32,000 bases of DNA from an uncultured bacterium. GTDB lineage: Bacteria > Cyanobacteriota > Cyanobacteriia > Cyanobacteriales > Nostocaceae. A program made the position numbers and the translations under genes. The DNA lies in NCBI GenBank assembly GCA_964245695.1, contig CAXTNZ010000019.1, forward strand, positions 7,181-39,180, written 5' to 3'. Positions within the stretch are counted from its first letter, which is position 1. Each line of letters begins with the position of its first letter. The notes under the pieces are model-generated. The model was given only the letters and a program-made list of their open reading frames with translations, made no database searches and was not told where the DNA came from. Positions 1 to 10,057 of the stretch are shown here, piece by piece.

Positions 1-228
1 TATAAAATTAATATTCTCAATCGAGAAAATACTTAGGTAAATTAACTCGGTTTCAGCAACAGAAACTTAGTGCTGCATTCATCTTGCCTAGCCAGAGATT
101 ATCTATGCTGCAAGCGATTCATCCATTCGGGTGAATGCGATCGCACCTGTGGGAACATACCCTGAAAGAAGAGGCTGATAATTACCTTTTGTAATACATC
201 AGTTGCTTGTGTAGAAAAGGGTTAAAGA

Positions 229-2733
229 GTGAATCAAACTGTGAAGCTGTACACACCAGATTTTCAACAAGAAGCTTTGCCGCTGCTAGAAAAAATTGCG
301 GCAAATTTACCGGGGATGATTTTTCAATTCCTTCAGCGGTTGGATGGTTCCCAGTTTGTTCTTTATGCGAGTTCTGGCTGTCGAGATCTGTGTGAATTAG
401 AACCAGAAGTTGTGCAGGGAGACTTTCAAGTACTGTACAAACTAATTCATCCCCAAGATGCGAAAGCTTTTGAAGAATCTGTTAGATATTCTGCCTCTAC
501 TTTGACACCTTGGCAATGGGAAGGACGCATTATCACGCCTAGTGGTAAACTTAAGTGGATTCAAGGCGCTTCTCGTCCAGAAAGACAAGCCAAAGGCGAT
601 ATTCTTTGGGATGGCTTGGTGATGGATATTACCGATCGCAAGCAAGCGGAATCAAAATTGCGTGAGAGTGAGGCGCGTTATAAAGCAATTTTAGATGCTA
701 TCCCCGATTTAATGTTTCGCATCAGTCGAGATGGCGAGTATCTAGACTTTAAAGGTGAGGGGGCAGATCTGGCTATTCCCCCAGAGAACATCATCGGTAA
801 GAATCTGCGCGATTTATTGCCTGATGATGTTGTTTTAGACAGCCTTCATGCGATCGCTAAAACTTTGGATTCTCAAACTTTACAATCTTTGGAATATCAA
901 CTATCAACACATGAAGGAATGCGAGATTATGAGGCGCGGTTGGTAGTTAGTGGGCAAGACGAAGTATTAGCTATTGTGCGTGATATTACAAAGCGAAAAC
1001 AAGCAGAAATTGACCTACAACATCTAGCGTCCAAGTTTAAGAAGGCTTTTCGTTGCAGTCCAAATCCAATTACAATCAGCACGCTGGAGGACGGACGCTT
1101 TATAGAAGTTAACGACAGTTTTGTCAACCTTTCAGGTTATGAGCCAGATGAGGTGATTGGTCGTACTGCTTTTGAGTTAAATATTTGGGTACACCAGAGC
1201 GATCGCCAAAAATTATTGCACGAGTTGCATTCCAAAGGAGCAGTTCGCAATCTTGAATTTGAATTTCGCAAAAAGTCTGGCGAACTTGGTTTTGGAACGG
1301 TTTCCGCCGAAATAATTGATTTGGATGGTGTGCCGTGCTTACTGGCTATCAATCATGACATAACAGAACGCAAGCGAACAGAAGCTCAAATACAATTGAC
1401 GGCACAGCGCGATCGCTTGTTAACCAAAACTTTAGCGCGAATCCGCACTTCCCTAAATTTAGACCAAATTCTCCAAACCACTGTCAACGAAGTGCGGCAA
1501 TTTTTGCAATCAGACCGAGTTTTCATTGGTTTGAATCATAGCAATCCAAAAGCCAGGATTCTTGCAGAATCAGTAGATCCAAAGTATCCATCAGTTTTAA
1601 ACTGCAAGATAGAAGATCCAATTGTCATCCAAGAATTCAAAAAACTGCTGACAACTAATTGTGTGCGTGTAGTTGAAGATATCGAGCAAATAGCAGTATC
1701 ACCTAGATTGAGAGCACACTATCAACAATTTCAAACGCGGGCTACCTTAGCTGTACCAATTATGTTAGGCGATGAATTTTTTGGGGCGTTGATTGCTAAC
1801 CAATGCTCTAATCCTCGACATTGGCAACAAATAGAAATTGATTTGCTAAAGCAGATGTCAGAACAGTTAGCGATCGCTATTCAGCAGGCTCAACTCTACC
1901 AAGAACTAGCAGCACTCAACACTAATCTAGAACAGCAGGTAGAAGAACGTACCGCTCAGTTACAGCAGAAAATGCGGGAACTCCAAGAACTAAATCGAGT
2001 CAAAGATGTGCTGTTACACACAGTTTCTCACGATTTGCGAACTTCGGTGATGGGTAATTTGATGGTGTTACAGAACTTGCTCAAAAGTGGGGAACTGGTG
2101 TCTGGGCAAAAAAGGACGGAAGAAGATTCTTCCCATTCAATCTCCGTATCTCGCTCGATTCTCGAACGGATGATACAAGGCAATGAGCGCCAACTAGCAA
2201 TGATTAACTCATTGCTAGAACTTCATTGCAGCGAAGAGCAAAGAATTGTCATTCATCGTGAGCTTGTACAATTTAGCACGCTGCTTCCGGCAGTTATTAG
2301 AGACTTGCAGCCAATGCTGACACAAAACCAAGTGAGTTTGAAGAACTTGGTTGGTGAGAATTTACCCTTAATAATGGCAGATCCGACTCAGTTGCAACGA
2401 GTTTTGCAAAATTTGCTGACTTATAGCTGGCTACACAATCCACCTGGATTAAACTTGACCCTGAAAGCGACAGTTGAGGATGGGATGATTCGCTTTTCAA
2501 TTCAAGATAATGGTGTGGGGATGAGCAAGCTAGAATGCGATCGCCTTTTTGATTTGTATGTCCGCCATCCCCAAGCTCGTTCTTCAACTGGTACTTGCTT
2601 AAAACTATATATTTGTCGGCAAATTATTAAAGCACACGGCGGTGAAATTGGCGTTAGGAGTAACCACAAACGCGGTTTAACCTTTTGGTTCACCCTACCT
2701 TTAGCAACCCCGCCTGCAACGAGTGGCTTATAA
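229..2733 (+). CDS. Multi-sensor hybrid-type sensor histidine kinase (three PAS/PAC modules, GAF, HisKA, HATPase_c)
   Basis: 834-aa ORF. Three PAS-like blocks each end in DITDRK/DITKRK/DITERK junctions. The GAF-like region runs LDQILQTTVNEVRQFL...ATLAVPI. H-box is HTVSHDLRTSV. ATPase motifs are NLLTYSWLHNPPG (N box), QDNGVGM (G1) and AHGGEIGVRS (G2). GTG start. Confidence 0.9.
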   Translation: MNQTVKLYTPDFQQEALPLLEKIAANLPGMIFQFLQRLDGSQFVLYASSGCRDLCELEPEVVQGDFQVLYKLIHPQDAKAFEESVRYSASTLTPWQWEGRIITPSGKLKWIQGASRPERQAKGDILWDGLVMDITDRKQAESKLRESEARYKAILDAIPDLMFRISRDGEYLDFKGEGADLAIPPENIIGKNLRDLLPDDVVLDSLHAIAKTLDSQTLQSLEYQLSTHEGMRDYEARLVVSGQDEVLAIVRDITKRKQAEIDLQHLASKFKKAFRCSPNPITISTLEDGRFIEVNDSFVNLSGYEPDEVIGRTAFELNIWVHQSDRQKLLHELHSKGAVRNLEFEFRKKSGELGFGTVSAEIIDLDGVPCLLAINHDITERKRTEAQIQLTAQRDRLLTKTLARIRTSLNLDQILQTTVNEVRQFLQSDRVFIGLNHSNPKARILAESVDPKYPSVLNCKIEDPIVIQEFKKLLTTNCVRVVEDIEQIAVSPRLRAHYQQFQTRATLAVPIMLGDEFFGALIANQCSNPRHWQQIEIDLLKQMSEQLAIAIQQAQLYQELAALNTNLEQQVEERTAQLQQKMRELQELNRVKDVLLHTVSHDLRTSVMGNLMVLQNLLKSGELVSGQKRTEEDSSHSISVSRSILERMIQGNERQLAMINSLLELHCSEEQRIVIHRELVQFSTLLPAVIRDLQPMLTQNQVSLKNLVGENLPLIMADPTQLQRVLQNLLTYSWLHNPPGLNLTLKATVEDGMIRFSIQDNGVGMSKLECDRLFDLYVRHPQARSSTGTCLKLYICRQIIKAHGGEIGVRSNHKRGLTFWFTLPLATPPATSGL

Positions 2734-2793
2734 ATTTGTCACCATACAGAATGTAAGGGTGCAATGGTAGCATTCTAGCAGGCGACCGAGGTT

Positions 2794-4581
2794 ATGGGAA
2801 TTGGTCAGACGCTAATGACGACCGTAATTAGAACAGTGCAAAGGTGGTGCAGAAGAACTTTTTCTGCCGATACACCAACAGCAGATGCAATTTTAGGGGA
2901 ATATAAAGCTTGGCGCGACCGCTTTTTGTGGCAGCGATTGCGTTTGGGAATATGGATCGCCGTTCTCTGCGTATTTACATTTATCTTACGCGACATACTC
3001 CCGGAGGTATTTCACCTTCAAGAAGGGGCAAAGATAACACACGAGATTAAAAATCTTGCTTTAACTATCAATATCTGTATATTTATATGTCTTTTAGGGT
3101 GTTTGGCTCTGCACAAAACTAACATAGCGCGCCGTTATCCGGGGCTGCTTTTTTTAGGTTTATCCTTTTCTGTCACTTTAGTTGAGCAATTTGTCGCCAC
3201 CTTCAAAGGTATCGCCCTCCCTGATCAATTAGCTTGGATCATCGCCTTCCTCACTCAAGCGACGCTGATCCCAATACGCTGGTATCTTCACCTTGGCTCA
3301 CAGTTGGGAGTAATAATCTACTACTTTGTCGTGAATACAGCTTTGGGACTGAAACTACCGCCGCCATTCAGTAACCAGCCGATATTCGGCATAACGATGA
3401 TTTTGTTGATATTTTGGGTATGTTTTATCTGCGATTTGGCGGTATATTTGTACGAACGCCTGCAACGCTCTGAATTTTATATCCGTAAAGAACTTGAGTT
3501 TGCTAATCAGAAATTAAGGGTTACAGAAGCTAAATATCGCAATATCTTTGAAAACGCTGTTGAGGGCATCTTTCAAAGCACTGCCGAGGGTCGTTACATT
3601 ACCGCAAATCCCGCATTAGCACGTATTTATGGCTACTCATTGCCGGAAGAGGTAACTGTAAACTTGACTGATATTGAACATCAATTGTATGTTGATCCGA
3701 ATCGCCGTGCAGAGTTTGTCCGCTTAATTGAAAAGTATGGTAGCGTGTCAGAGTTTGAGTCCCAAATTTATCGCCGTGACGGTAGCATTGTTTGGATTTC
3801 GGAAAACGCATATGCAGTGCGCGATCAAAGGGGACAACTGCTTTATTACGAAGGGATGATTGAAGATATCACCAAGCGTAAGCAAGCTGAAGAAGCACTA
3901 CGAGTATTTTTTCATGCAGTTTCCCACGACTTACGCAACCCGGTGCTGGGGACTTTAATGGTGCTGAGGAATTTGCTATCGCGTCCAGAGGAAAAAATCG
4001 CTGTTTCTCGCTCAATTTTAGAGCGGATGGAACAAAGTAGCGATCGCCAACTTAACTTGATTAACTCGTTGCTAGAAGCTCATATTAGCGAAGTGCGCGG
4101 CGTAGTTTTACAATGTCAAGCAGTACAACTACTGACAGTGGCAGAAGCGGCAATCGCAGACTTAAAGCCGATGCTGGCAGAAAATCAAGCCACCTTAATA
4201 AATCAAATCACCGCAGATTTACCGCTAGTAAATGCCGATTCCACCCAACTATGGCGAGTTTTCTCTAACTTAATTGTCAATGCAATCAAACATAATCCCC
4301 CAGGATTAACAATTACCATCAATGCCAGTGTTGCCGGAGATAAGATTTGTTGCACCGTTGCTGATAACGGCGTGGGAATGAGTCAAAAACAAAGCGATCG
4401 CCTCTTTGACCTTTACTTCCGAGGTACCAACGCCCGCAATTCTGTTAGTTTGGGATTGGGATTATATTTGTGTAAGCAAATCATCACGGCACATGGCGGC
4501 GAAATTGGCGTGAAAAGTGCCTTGGCAGCAGGGGCGACTTTTTGGTTTACACTACCAGTATTTAGGGCTGGTAATGGTTAA
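2794..4581 (+). CDS. Membrane-anchored PAS sensor histidine kinase
   Basis: 595-aa ORF. The hydrophobic N-terminal ~220 aa carries several predicted TM helices, followed by one PAS/PAC module ending in DITKRKQAEE. H-box is HAVSHDLRNPV, with N box NLIVNAIKHNPPG, ADNGVGM and AHGGEIGVKS. The kinase core is paralogous to the upstream kinase. Confidence 0.9.
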   Translation: MGIGQTLMTTVIRTVQRWCRRTFSADTPTADAILGEYKAWRDRFLWQRLRLGIWIAVLCVFTFILRDILPEVFHLQEGAKITHEIKNLALTINICIFICLLGCLALHKTNIARRYPGLLFLGLSFSVTLVEQFVATFKGIALPDQLAWIIAFLTQATLIPIRWYLHLGSQLGVIIYYFVVNTALGLKLPPPFSNQPIFGITMILLIFWVCFICDLAVYLYERLQRSEFYIRKELEFANQKLRVTEAKYRNIFENAVEGIFQSTAEGRYITANPALARIYGYSLPEEVTVNLTDIEHQLYVDPNRRAEFVRLIEKYGSVSEFESQIYRRDGSIVWISENAYAVRDQRGQLLYYEGMIEDITKRKQAEEALRVFFHAVSHDLRNPVLGTLMVLRNLLSRPEEKIAVSRSILERMEQSSDRQLNLINSLLEAHISEVRGVVLQCQAVQLLTVAEAAIADLKPMLAENQATLINQITADLPLVNADSTQLWRVFSNLIVNAIKHNPPGLTITINASVAGDKICCTVADNGVGMSQKQSDRLFDLYFRGTNARNSVSLGLGLYLCKQIITAHGGEIGVKSALAAGATFWFTLPVFRAGNG

Positions 4582-4601
4582 TATTAAATCCGTTTGTTTG
4601 C

Positions 4602-4630
4602 GTAGGGGCACAGCACTGCTGTGCCCCTAC
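4602..4630. terminator. Perfect 13-bp-stem hairpin (GTAGGGGCACAGC-ACT-GCTGTGCCCCTAC) between convergent genes; probable bidirectional terminator and dispersed Nostoc-type repeat
   Basis: Left arm 4602-4614, loop 4615-4617, right arm 4618-4630, read directly. It lies between the stop of the + strand kinase (4581) and the stop of the - strand ORF (4686). Confidence 0.5.
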
Positions 4631-4685
4631 TGTTGTGTGTTCATTGTTTGATAGGCTTGAGGCTTCTCAAGGCTAAGAGCGAATT

Positions 4686-6077
4686 TTAGAAATTCTGCCC
4701 TGTGTAAATCGAGCGAACTTCGCCGTTGCGGCGGACGACAGCTTCGCCATTACTAACCTCGACTAGTGTCCAACCGCTGACTCCAATGCTTTCACCCACC
4801 TGGATGCGGCGAGTCGTACCGTCGATTTTAAACAAAGCCGCAGATTTGTTACCTAACTCTTGCAATCCTTCCAGGGTAAGGCTAGAAGCAGCAGCGGTTC
4901 CCACCAAATAAGGCTGTTGCTCTTGTGGGGGTGGCGTTGGCGATTCGGGTGGTCTGGCGAATGATAGTTTTGATGGCGCAGCACCAATCCGTAGCGCAGA
5001 TAATATAGACCAAGGATCAGGTGCTTGTCGCAAGGTAATAGGTGCAGTTCGCACAGCCACAGGCTTGAGTTCTGTTCGCACAGCAGCAAGCATGTTGACA
5101 GCATCATGCTTGGTCTCCTCTTTCACTGGCCCTGATTTAGATTCCTTAGAAGGCACTGGGGGCAAAAGTTTAGGAACGCCAGCAATGGGCGGCGGCGCGT
5201 AGCGCATTGGCGGCGGCGCTTGATAAACGGGGATGTAGATGCGATCGCCAACGGATGTACGGGCAGCGGGTGGTGTATTGTTAGCAGCGAGAACTGGTGG
5301 TAGATTAGTAGATGGGGGGTTTATTGTGGGTTGGCTACTAACATAGGCAAAAGCTGTTTGGTTAGGCATTGCCACTGCGCTGAGTGCAGTTTTGGCATAT
5401 TTTTGAGTATTTTTTGCCTCTTGCCTGTCGATGACTGCAAGCGCTCCCAACATATATTGAACTAAATCTGCCTCAACTTCAACTTCGGTCGGCAACTGAG
5501 ACTGCAATTGCGGCTGTCGAATAGACTGCTGGATCAATGTGGAATTTAAACGATAGATCAGTTGAAAGTTGAGCAAAAAGACAATACCAGCGATCGCCAT
5601 GCCGACTGTTGCTCCCACAGACACCAATTTGCCCAAAGCGCTTCGCGTTTTGTCGCGCTTTTTCTTAACTGGTTTTGTCACAGCAGGAGTGTCAACTACA
5701 ACCTTACTCAATTGCTTGTTCCTACCTTGAGGAACTGTTTGTCTCGGTTGCTGTGTTTCTGGCAAAACACTTTGCGGTTCCCTAACTGAATGCAATTCAA
5801 CGTATTCTGAATGCAGTGCGGTGGTAAGCGAGTGCGTTGCTCCCGTTTCATTCGTTGTCGCAACTGGCGAAGAGTCCCCCTCGCTGCGAAGTGGGGTGTG
5901 ACTGCTGTACTGTACTGTTTGGGAAGGCAGTTTGCTACTACCATCCAGAATTTGGTCAATATCGGCAAAGAGTTCATCCATCAAGCCATCAGCATGTGAC
6001 TCTATCGACCAAGGTTCGCTGGTGATCAAGTCCTCTGAGGGTTCCGGAATCAGGAGATAGGTGCTGGCTTGTGACAT
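4686..6077 (-). CDS. Hypothetical Pro-rich single-pass membrane protein
   Basis: 463-aa ORF. It has an acidic N-terminus, a basic patch KKKRDKTRS followed by a TM helix (LVSVGATVGMAIAGIVFLLNF), and a long Pro/Ala-rich linker. The C-terminal beta-rich module (LFKIDGTTRRIQVGESIGVSGWTLVEVSNGEAVVRRNGEVRSIY) is reminiscent of GspC/PilP-type domains. No family could be confirmed. Confidence 0.6.
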   Translation of the reverse strand: MSQASTYLLIPEPSEDLITSEPWSIESHADGLMDELFADIDQILDGSSKLPSQTVQYSSHTPLRSEGDSSPVATTNETGATHSLTTALHSEYVELHSVREPQSVLPETQQPRQTVPQGRNKQLSKVVVDTPAVTKPVKKKRDKTRSALGKLVSVGATVGMAIAGIVFLLNFQLIYRLNSTLIQQSIRQPQLQSQLPTEVEVEADLVQYMLGALAVIDRQEAKNTQKYAKTALSAVAMPNQTAFAYVSSQPTINPPSTNLPPVLAANNTPPAARTSVGDRIYIPVYQAPPPMRYAPPPIAGVPKLLPPVPSKESKSGPVKEETKHDAVNMLAAVRTELKPVAVRTAPITLRQAPDPWSILSALRIGAAPSKLSFARPPESPTPPPQEQQPYLVGTAAASSLTLEGLQELGNKSAALFKIDGTTRRIQVGESIGVSGWTLVEVSNGEAVVRRNGEVRSIYTGQNF

Positions 6078-6317
6078 AGCGATTTTAAGTTGTAGCTTAT
6101 GGGACGGTAGACTCCGCCTCTACTGCCTGAAAGTATGGACTTTGCATTCAATAGCCAATTTCTCGTCCAAACTAGACGAGTTGATTGCGTAAGTAGTATG
6201 AAATTCAACTTCAAACCGGAGACTGCTAATCATGCCAGTTTTTAATTCATGTCATCTATCATACCAGTCTCTTACTGTTTCACCCTACTACTTTACTGAT
6301 GCTTCATGAAGTTTCAT

Positions 6318-8240
6318 TTAAGCTAACGCCGAAAACTCTGTCTTTCTGTTGTTTCTACCTAATTCTAAATATACTAATAATGCATTGATATCAGCAGGAT
6401 TAACGCCACCAATCCGTGCAGCTTGACCGAGTGTCAGCGGTTTTACTGTGTTTAACTTCTCCCGTGCTTCTTTAGATAAGGTATCAATCGTTGCGTAATC
6501 CAAATTTCCTGGCAACTGGCGATGTGCTTGACGAGCAATTTGGTCGATCTGATTTTGTTGCCGTTGCAGATACCCTGAATACTTAATGTCAATTTCTGCA
6601 CCTTCTTTCTCAGCCGAGTTGAGGTTGGGGTTGCCCAGTTTATATTTGTCGAGGTCAACGTAATGAAATCCCGGACGCCGTAGCAAGTCAGCTAGGGTGA
6701 TTGAGCCTTTGATTGCTTGTTTAGCTTCAGAGGCGATCGTCATTCCGATTTCTGACTGTTCTTTCACCCGCGTTGCATAAAGCCGTTCTTTTTCGGCTGT
6801 AATATTCTCTTGCTTGCGGGTAAATAACTCCCATCGGCGATCGTCAATCAAGCCGATTTCTCGTCCCAAGGGTGTCAGGCGTTGGTCGGCATTATCAGAA
6901 CGCAATACTAAACGATACTCTGACCTACTCGTAAGCATACGGTAAGGCTCACGTAAATCCTTGGTACACAGGTCATCTAACAGCGTTCCGATGTAACTTT
7001 CCTCACGGGCAAAAACAATCATCTCCTGACCGCACACAAACCGCGCCGCGTTAATTCCAGCAACAATTCCTTGGGTTGCTGCTTCTTCATAGCCAGTTGT
7101 CCCATTAATCTGTCCCGCACAAAATAACCCAGCAACTTTCTTGGTCATTAATGTCGGATAACACTGAGTTGCAGGTAAGTAATCGTACTCAACCGCATAA
7201 GCTGGGCGAAGCATCGCACAGTTTTCCAAACCGGGGAGACTCCGCAACATTAAAAGTTGCAAATTTTCTGGCAACCCTGTGGAAAAGCCTTGAATATAAA
7301 GTTCCGGAATATCTCGCCCTTCCGGTTCAATAAAGATTTGGTGACTTTCCTTATCGGCAAAGCGGACAATTTTATCTTCAATACTCGGACAATATCGCGG
7401 TCCTTTGGCTTCCACCCAACCACCATAAACCGGCGACAAATGCAAATTTTCCCGTATTAGGCGATGAGTTTCCGCCGTCGTGCGGGTAATATAACAAGGC
7501 ATTTGTTCCCTTTCCACCCACACATCCGGGTCAAAGCTAAACCAGCGGACTTCTTCATCTCCTGGTTGGAGTGCCATTTTGCTGTAGTCTACAGACCGCT
7601 TGTCAACTCGTGCTGGCGTTCCTGTCTTCAGTCGCCCGGTTTCAAATCCCAAACGATTCAGAGTTTGCGTCAACCCCTCAGCCGCAAATTCCCCAGCGCG
7701 TCCTGCCGCCATCGACTTATTACCAACCCAAATCCGTCCCCCTAAAAACGTCCCCGTCGTCAAAATGACCGCTTTGCAACCAAACGCCACGCCGAAGTAA
7801 GTCTGAACGCCGATAACTTCATCGTTAGCACCGATAACTAAATCCGTCGCCATTGCTTCCCGGATTGTTAAGTTTTCTTGATTTTCGACAATATTTTTCA
7901 TCACCGCAGCATATTCCCGCTTATCAGTCTGGGCGCGTAATGCCCAAACCGCAGGTCCCCGTGAAGAGTTGAGAATGCGCTTTTGTAGGTAGGTGCGGTC
8001 TGCGATTTTGCCGATTTCCCCGCCGAGTGCATCCACTTCATGGGTCAACTGGGATTTCGCAGGACCACCCACCGCCGGGTTACAAGGTTGCCAAGCGATT
8101 TTATCCAAGGTGAGTGTCAGCAGCAGGGTACGACAGCCGAGGCGTGCGCTAGCGAGGGCTGCTTCGCAACCAGAGTGACCTGCACCGACGACAATGACAT
8201 CGAAAGCGTCTTGGAATTCAATGGAATTGTGCATGGTCAT
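6318..8240 (-). CDS. mnmG: tRNA uridine 5-carboxymethylaminomethyl modification enzyme MnmG (GidA)
   Basis: 640-aa ORF with the N-terminal FAD motif [22 protein letters not shown]. The GidA blocks [29 protein letters not shown] and RPGYAVEYDY-like PAYAVEYDY are conserved. Confidence 0.95.
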   Translation of the reverse strand: MTMHNSIEFQDAFDVIVVGAGHSGCEAALASARLGCRTLLLTLTLDKIAWQPCNPAVGGPAKSQLTHEVDALGGEIGKIADRTYLQKRILNSSRGPAVWALRAQTDKREYAAVMKNIVENQENLTIREAMATDLVIGANDEVIGVQTYFGVAFGCKAVILTTGTFLGGRIWVGNKSMAAGRAGEFAAEGLTQTLNRLGFETGRLKTGTPARVDKRSVDYSKMALQPGDEEVRWFSFDPDVWVEREQMPCYITRTTAETHRLIRENLHLSPVYGGWVEAKGPRYCPSIEDKIVRFADKESHQIFIEPEGRDIPELYIQGFSTGLPENLQLLMLRSLPGLENCAMLRPAYAVEYDYLPATQCYPTLMTKKVAGLFCAGQINGTTGYEEAATQGIVAGINAARFVCGQEMIVFAREESYIGTLLDDLCTKDLREPYRMLTSRSEYRLVLRSDNADQRLTPLGREIGLIDDRRWELFTRKQENITAEKERLYATRVKEQSEIGMTIASEAKQAIKGSITLADLLRRPGFHYVDLDKYKLGNPNLNSAEKEGAEIDIKYSGYLQRQQNQIDQIARQAHRQLPGNLDYATIDTLSKEAREKLNTVKPLTLGQAARIGGVNPADINALLVYLELGRNNRKTEFSALA

Positions 8241-8391
8241 ACTTAAGTATCAGCAAGCTTAGAGTTATTCTTAATAATAACCGATTCAGTGGTTTAATGG
8301 ACTGAGATTGCTGAGAAAAAGTAACTATAAGAACTATAAATAAAAAATCAAAATATTTATATTTAGGAAATGTTACATTTGTAAAAAAATA

Positions 8392-9270
8392 ATGAAACGA
8401 TTTTTGCGAAAGACCTCTTTTATCACTATTGTTGTATTTATAGTTTTTGCCTTAGTTGCTAGTAATGGAATTACCCACCGTACACTAAGTACAGATGTCC
8501 GACAGTTGCAAGATTGCTTAATTGCTCGTTCTTCAGGTCGTCAAAGCGACTTAAACAAAACTTGCCCAAATACATCGCAGCCAATCACGTCACCAACTCC
8601 TGTCACGCCACAAATTCCTGATATTAAATTGCCAGAGCAACAGCGTTTTTTGACGGCAATTGCTTCCAAGTTACCAACAATTCCCAATCCAGGTACTTTT
8701 GAATATACTTTGTTGAAGGCATACGGTGCCGCATTTGTAAATCAAGAAGCGGGGATAAAACTGCCGCCAAAAGTCATCTTGGCTAACGAGCAAGAAACCA
8801 AAGATTTTCAAACTACCTTGACAATGGGTAAAGTAGCTGGCACTAATGACTGTTATTTACAAAATTCGGCAGCAGAGGCTTTAAATAAAGCAAAATCAGC
8901 CGTAATAATTCCCCTAAAATCTGGTTATGGCGGTGGTGACTGTACTCGCACTTTTGCCACGAATTTAAGATTTTGGCAAAAATACGCTAACAATAAAACT
9001 TTGGAACGAGTTAGACAAGGTAAGGAAACAGCAATTTTGGGTGTAGTTGCACCACCAGGAGCATCACAACATCTCTGGGGATTAGCGATTGATTTACGCG
9101 TTTCCAGTCAAGCGCAAAGACAAGCACTAAATAAAAATGGTTGGTTTCAAACTGTAGAAAATGATGTACCACATTGGACTTATGTCGGTTTAAATGAAGA
9201 AAATTTATCCAAGTTTGGGTTAAAAAATAAAATTGTTAGGGGAATTACTTATTGGCTGATACCACTGTAA
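8392..9270 (+). CDS. VanY / peptidase M15B-like D-alanyl-D-alanine carboxypeptidase family protein with N-terminal membrane anchor
   Basis: 292-aa ORF with an N-terminal TM/signal anchor (FITIVVFIVFALVA). The zinc-ligand pattern SQHLWGLAIDL (H-x6-D) and the downstream VPHWTY match the VanY-type LAS metallopeptidase signature. Confidence 0.7.
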   Translation: MKRFLRKTSFITIVVFIVFALVASNGITHRTLSTDVRQLQDCLIARSSGRQSDLNKTCPNTSQPITSPTPVTPQIPDIKLPEQQRFLTAIASKLPTIPNPGTFEYTLLKAYGAAFVNQEAGIKLPPKVILANEQETKDFQTTLTMGKVAGTNDCYLQNSAAEALNKAKSAVIIPLKSGYGGGDCTRTFATNLRFWQKYANNKTLERVRQGKETAILGVVAPPGASQHLWGLAIDLRVSSQAQRQALNKNGWFQTVENDVPHWTYVGLNEENLSKFGLKNKIVRGITYWLIPL

Positions 9271-9279
9271 TAAATTATC

Positions 9280-9942
9280 TCAAAACTTTGAACTATTTTT
9301 CGATTTCCTAACTCCCAATAATAAATTATTAACAAGAGTTTCAGCAAATTGGTTGTCTAATGGTGCATGTCCTACCAATAACCGATAGAAAATCGGTCCA
9401 TAGACTTGATCGATCACCACATCCAAGTCTAATGCTGACAACTCATCCCGTTCTATTGCTTGTTCAAATATTTGGCGAACGGCTGCTCGACGACGAGCAA
9501 TGAACTGTTCGCGAAACGCTTCTGCCAAAGTTGAATCAGTATGTATTGCAGCAACTAGACTTGCCATTGTTGAACCAAATTTCATCGTTTTATGTGCAAC
9601 AAATGACGCTTGTATAAATGCCAAAAGGTCGTCACGCAACGAGCCTGTGTTGGGAATCGCCACAACGTTAGCAGTTCTTTCGGCAAACGCCTCCATCACC
9701 ACCGCAGCTTTATTTGACCACCAGCGATAAATGGTTTTATTGCTCACTCCTGCCTTGGCTGCAATTGCTTGAATCGTCATATCAGCATAGCCGACTTCTT
9801 CCAATAGCTCCGCCGCTGCATTGAGAATCGCTTGATGTGCTCGTTCACTGCGACGACGAGGATTCGGGACTTTTGACGCAGAACTCCCGTTCACGCTGTC
9901 ATCAAAAAATCTTGCAGACGTAGACTCAGGCAATGGAACCAT
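9280..9942 (-). CDS. TetR/AcrR family transcriptional regulator
   Basis: 220-aa ORF with the TetR HTH AILNAAAELLEEVGYADMTIQAIAAKAGVSNKTIYRWWSNKAAVVMEAF. It is divergent from the NTF2-like gene, and the intergenic region carries palindromes. Confidence 0.9.
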   Translation of the reverse strand: MVPLPESTSARFFDDSVNGSSASKVPNPRRRSERAHQAILNAAAELLEEVGYADMTIQAIAAKAGVSNKTIYRWWSNKAAVVMEAFAERTANVVAIPNTGSLRDDLLAFIQASFVAHKTMKFGSTMASLVAAIHTDSTLAEAFREQFIARRRAAVRQIFEQAIERDELSALDLDVVIDQVYGPIFYRLLVGHAPLDNQFAETLVNNLLLGVRKSKNSSKF

Positions 9943-9970
9943 AACTTAGCTGTGCTATTTCGCAAATTAT

Positions 9971-10022
9971 ACACGACATATGTCGTTTATCAATTATTGA
10001 CAACACGACACATGTCGTTTAG
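9971..10022. promoter_or_regulatory. Two copies of a 20-bp operator-like element (ACACGACAtATGTCGTTTA / ACACGACAcATGTCGTTTA) in the TetR / NTF2-like divergent promoter region
   Basis: ACGACATATGTCGT (9973-9986) is a perfect 14-bp palindrome. ACGACACATGTCGT (10005-10018) is a near-palindrome. The two are spaced 32 bp centre to centre. Confidence 0.5.
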
Positions 10023-10057
10023 TGTAGAGATTATACAAATCGAGGTAAATTAGGCAA

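Noticed and set aside
207-395. 62-aa ORF overlapping the 5' end of the first histidine kinase
   Set aside because: It overlaps a well-supported PAS kinase ORF in a different frame and has no motif. It is a likely spurious frame.
6452-8246. Numerous 60-93-aa ORFs inside or antisense to mnmG, and similar ones inside the kinase, MscS, helicase and NB-ARC genes
   Set aside because: All are nested in or antisense to long ORFs with strong family signatures and have no motifs of their own. They are typical shadow ORFs.
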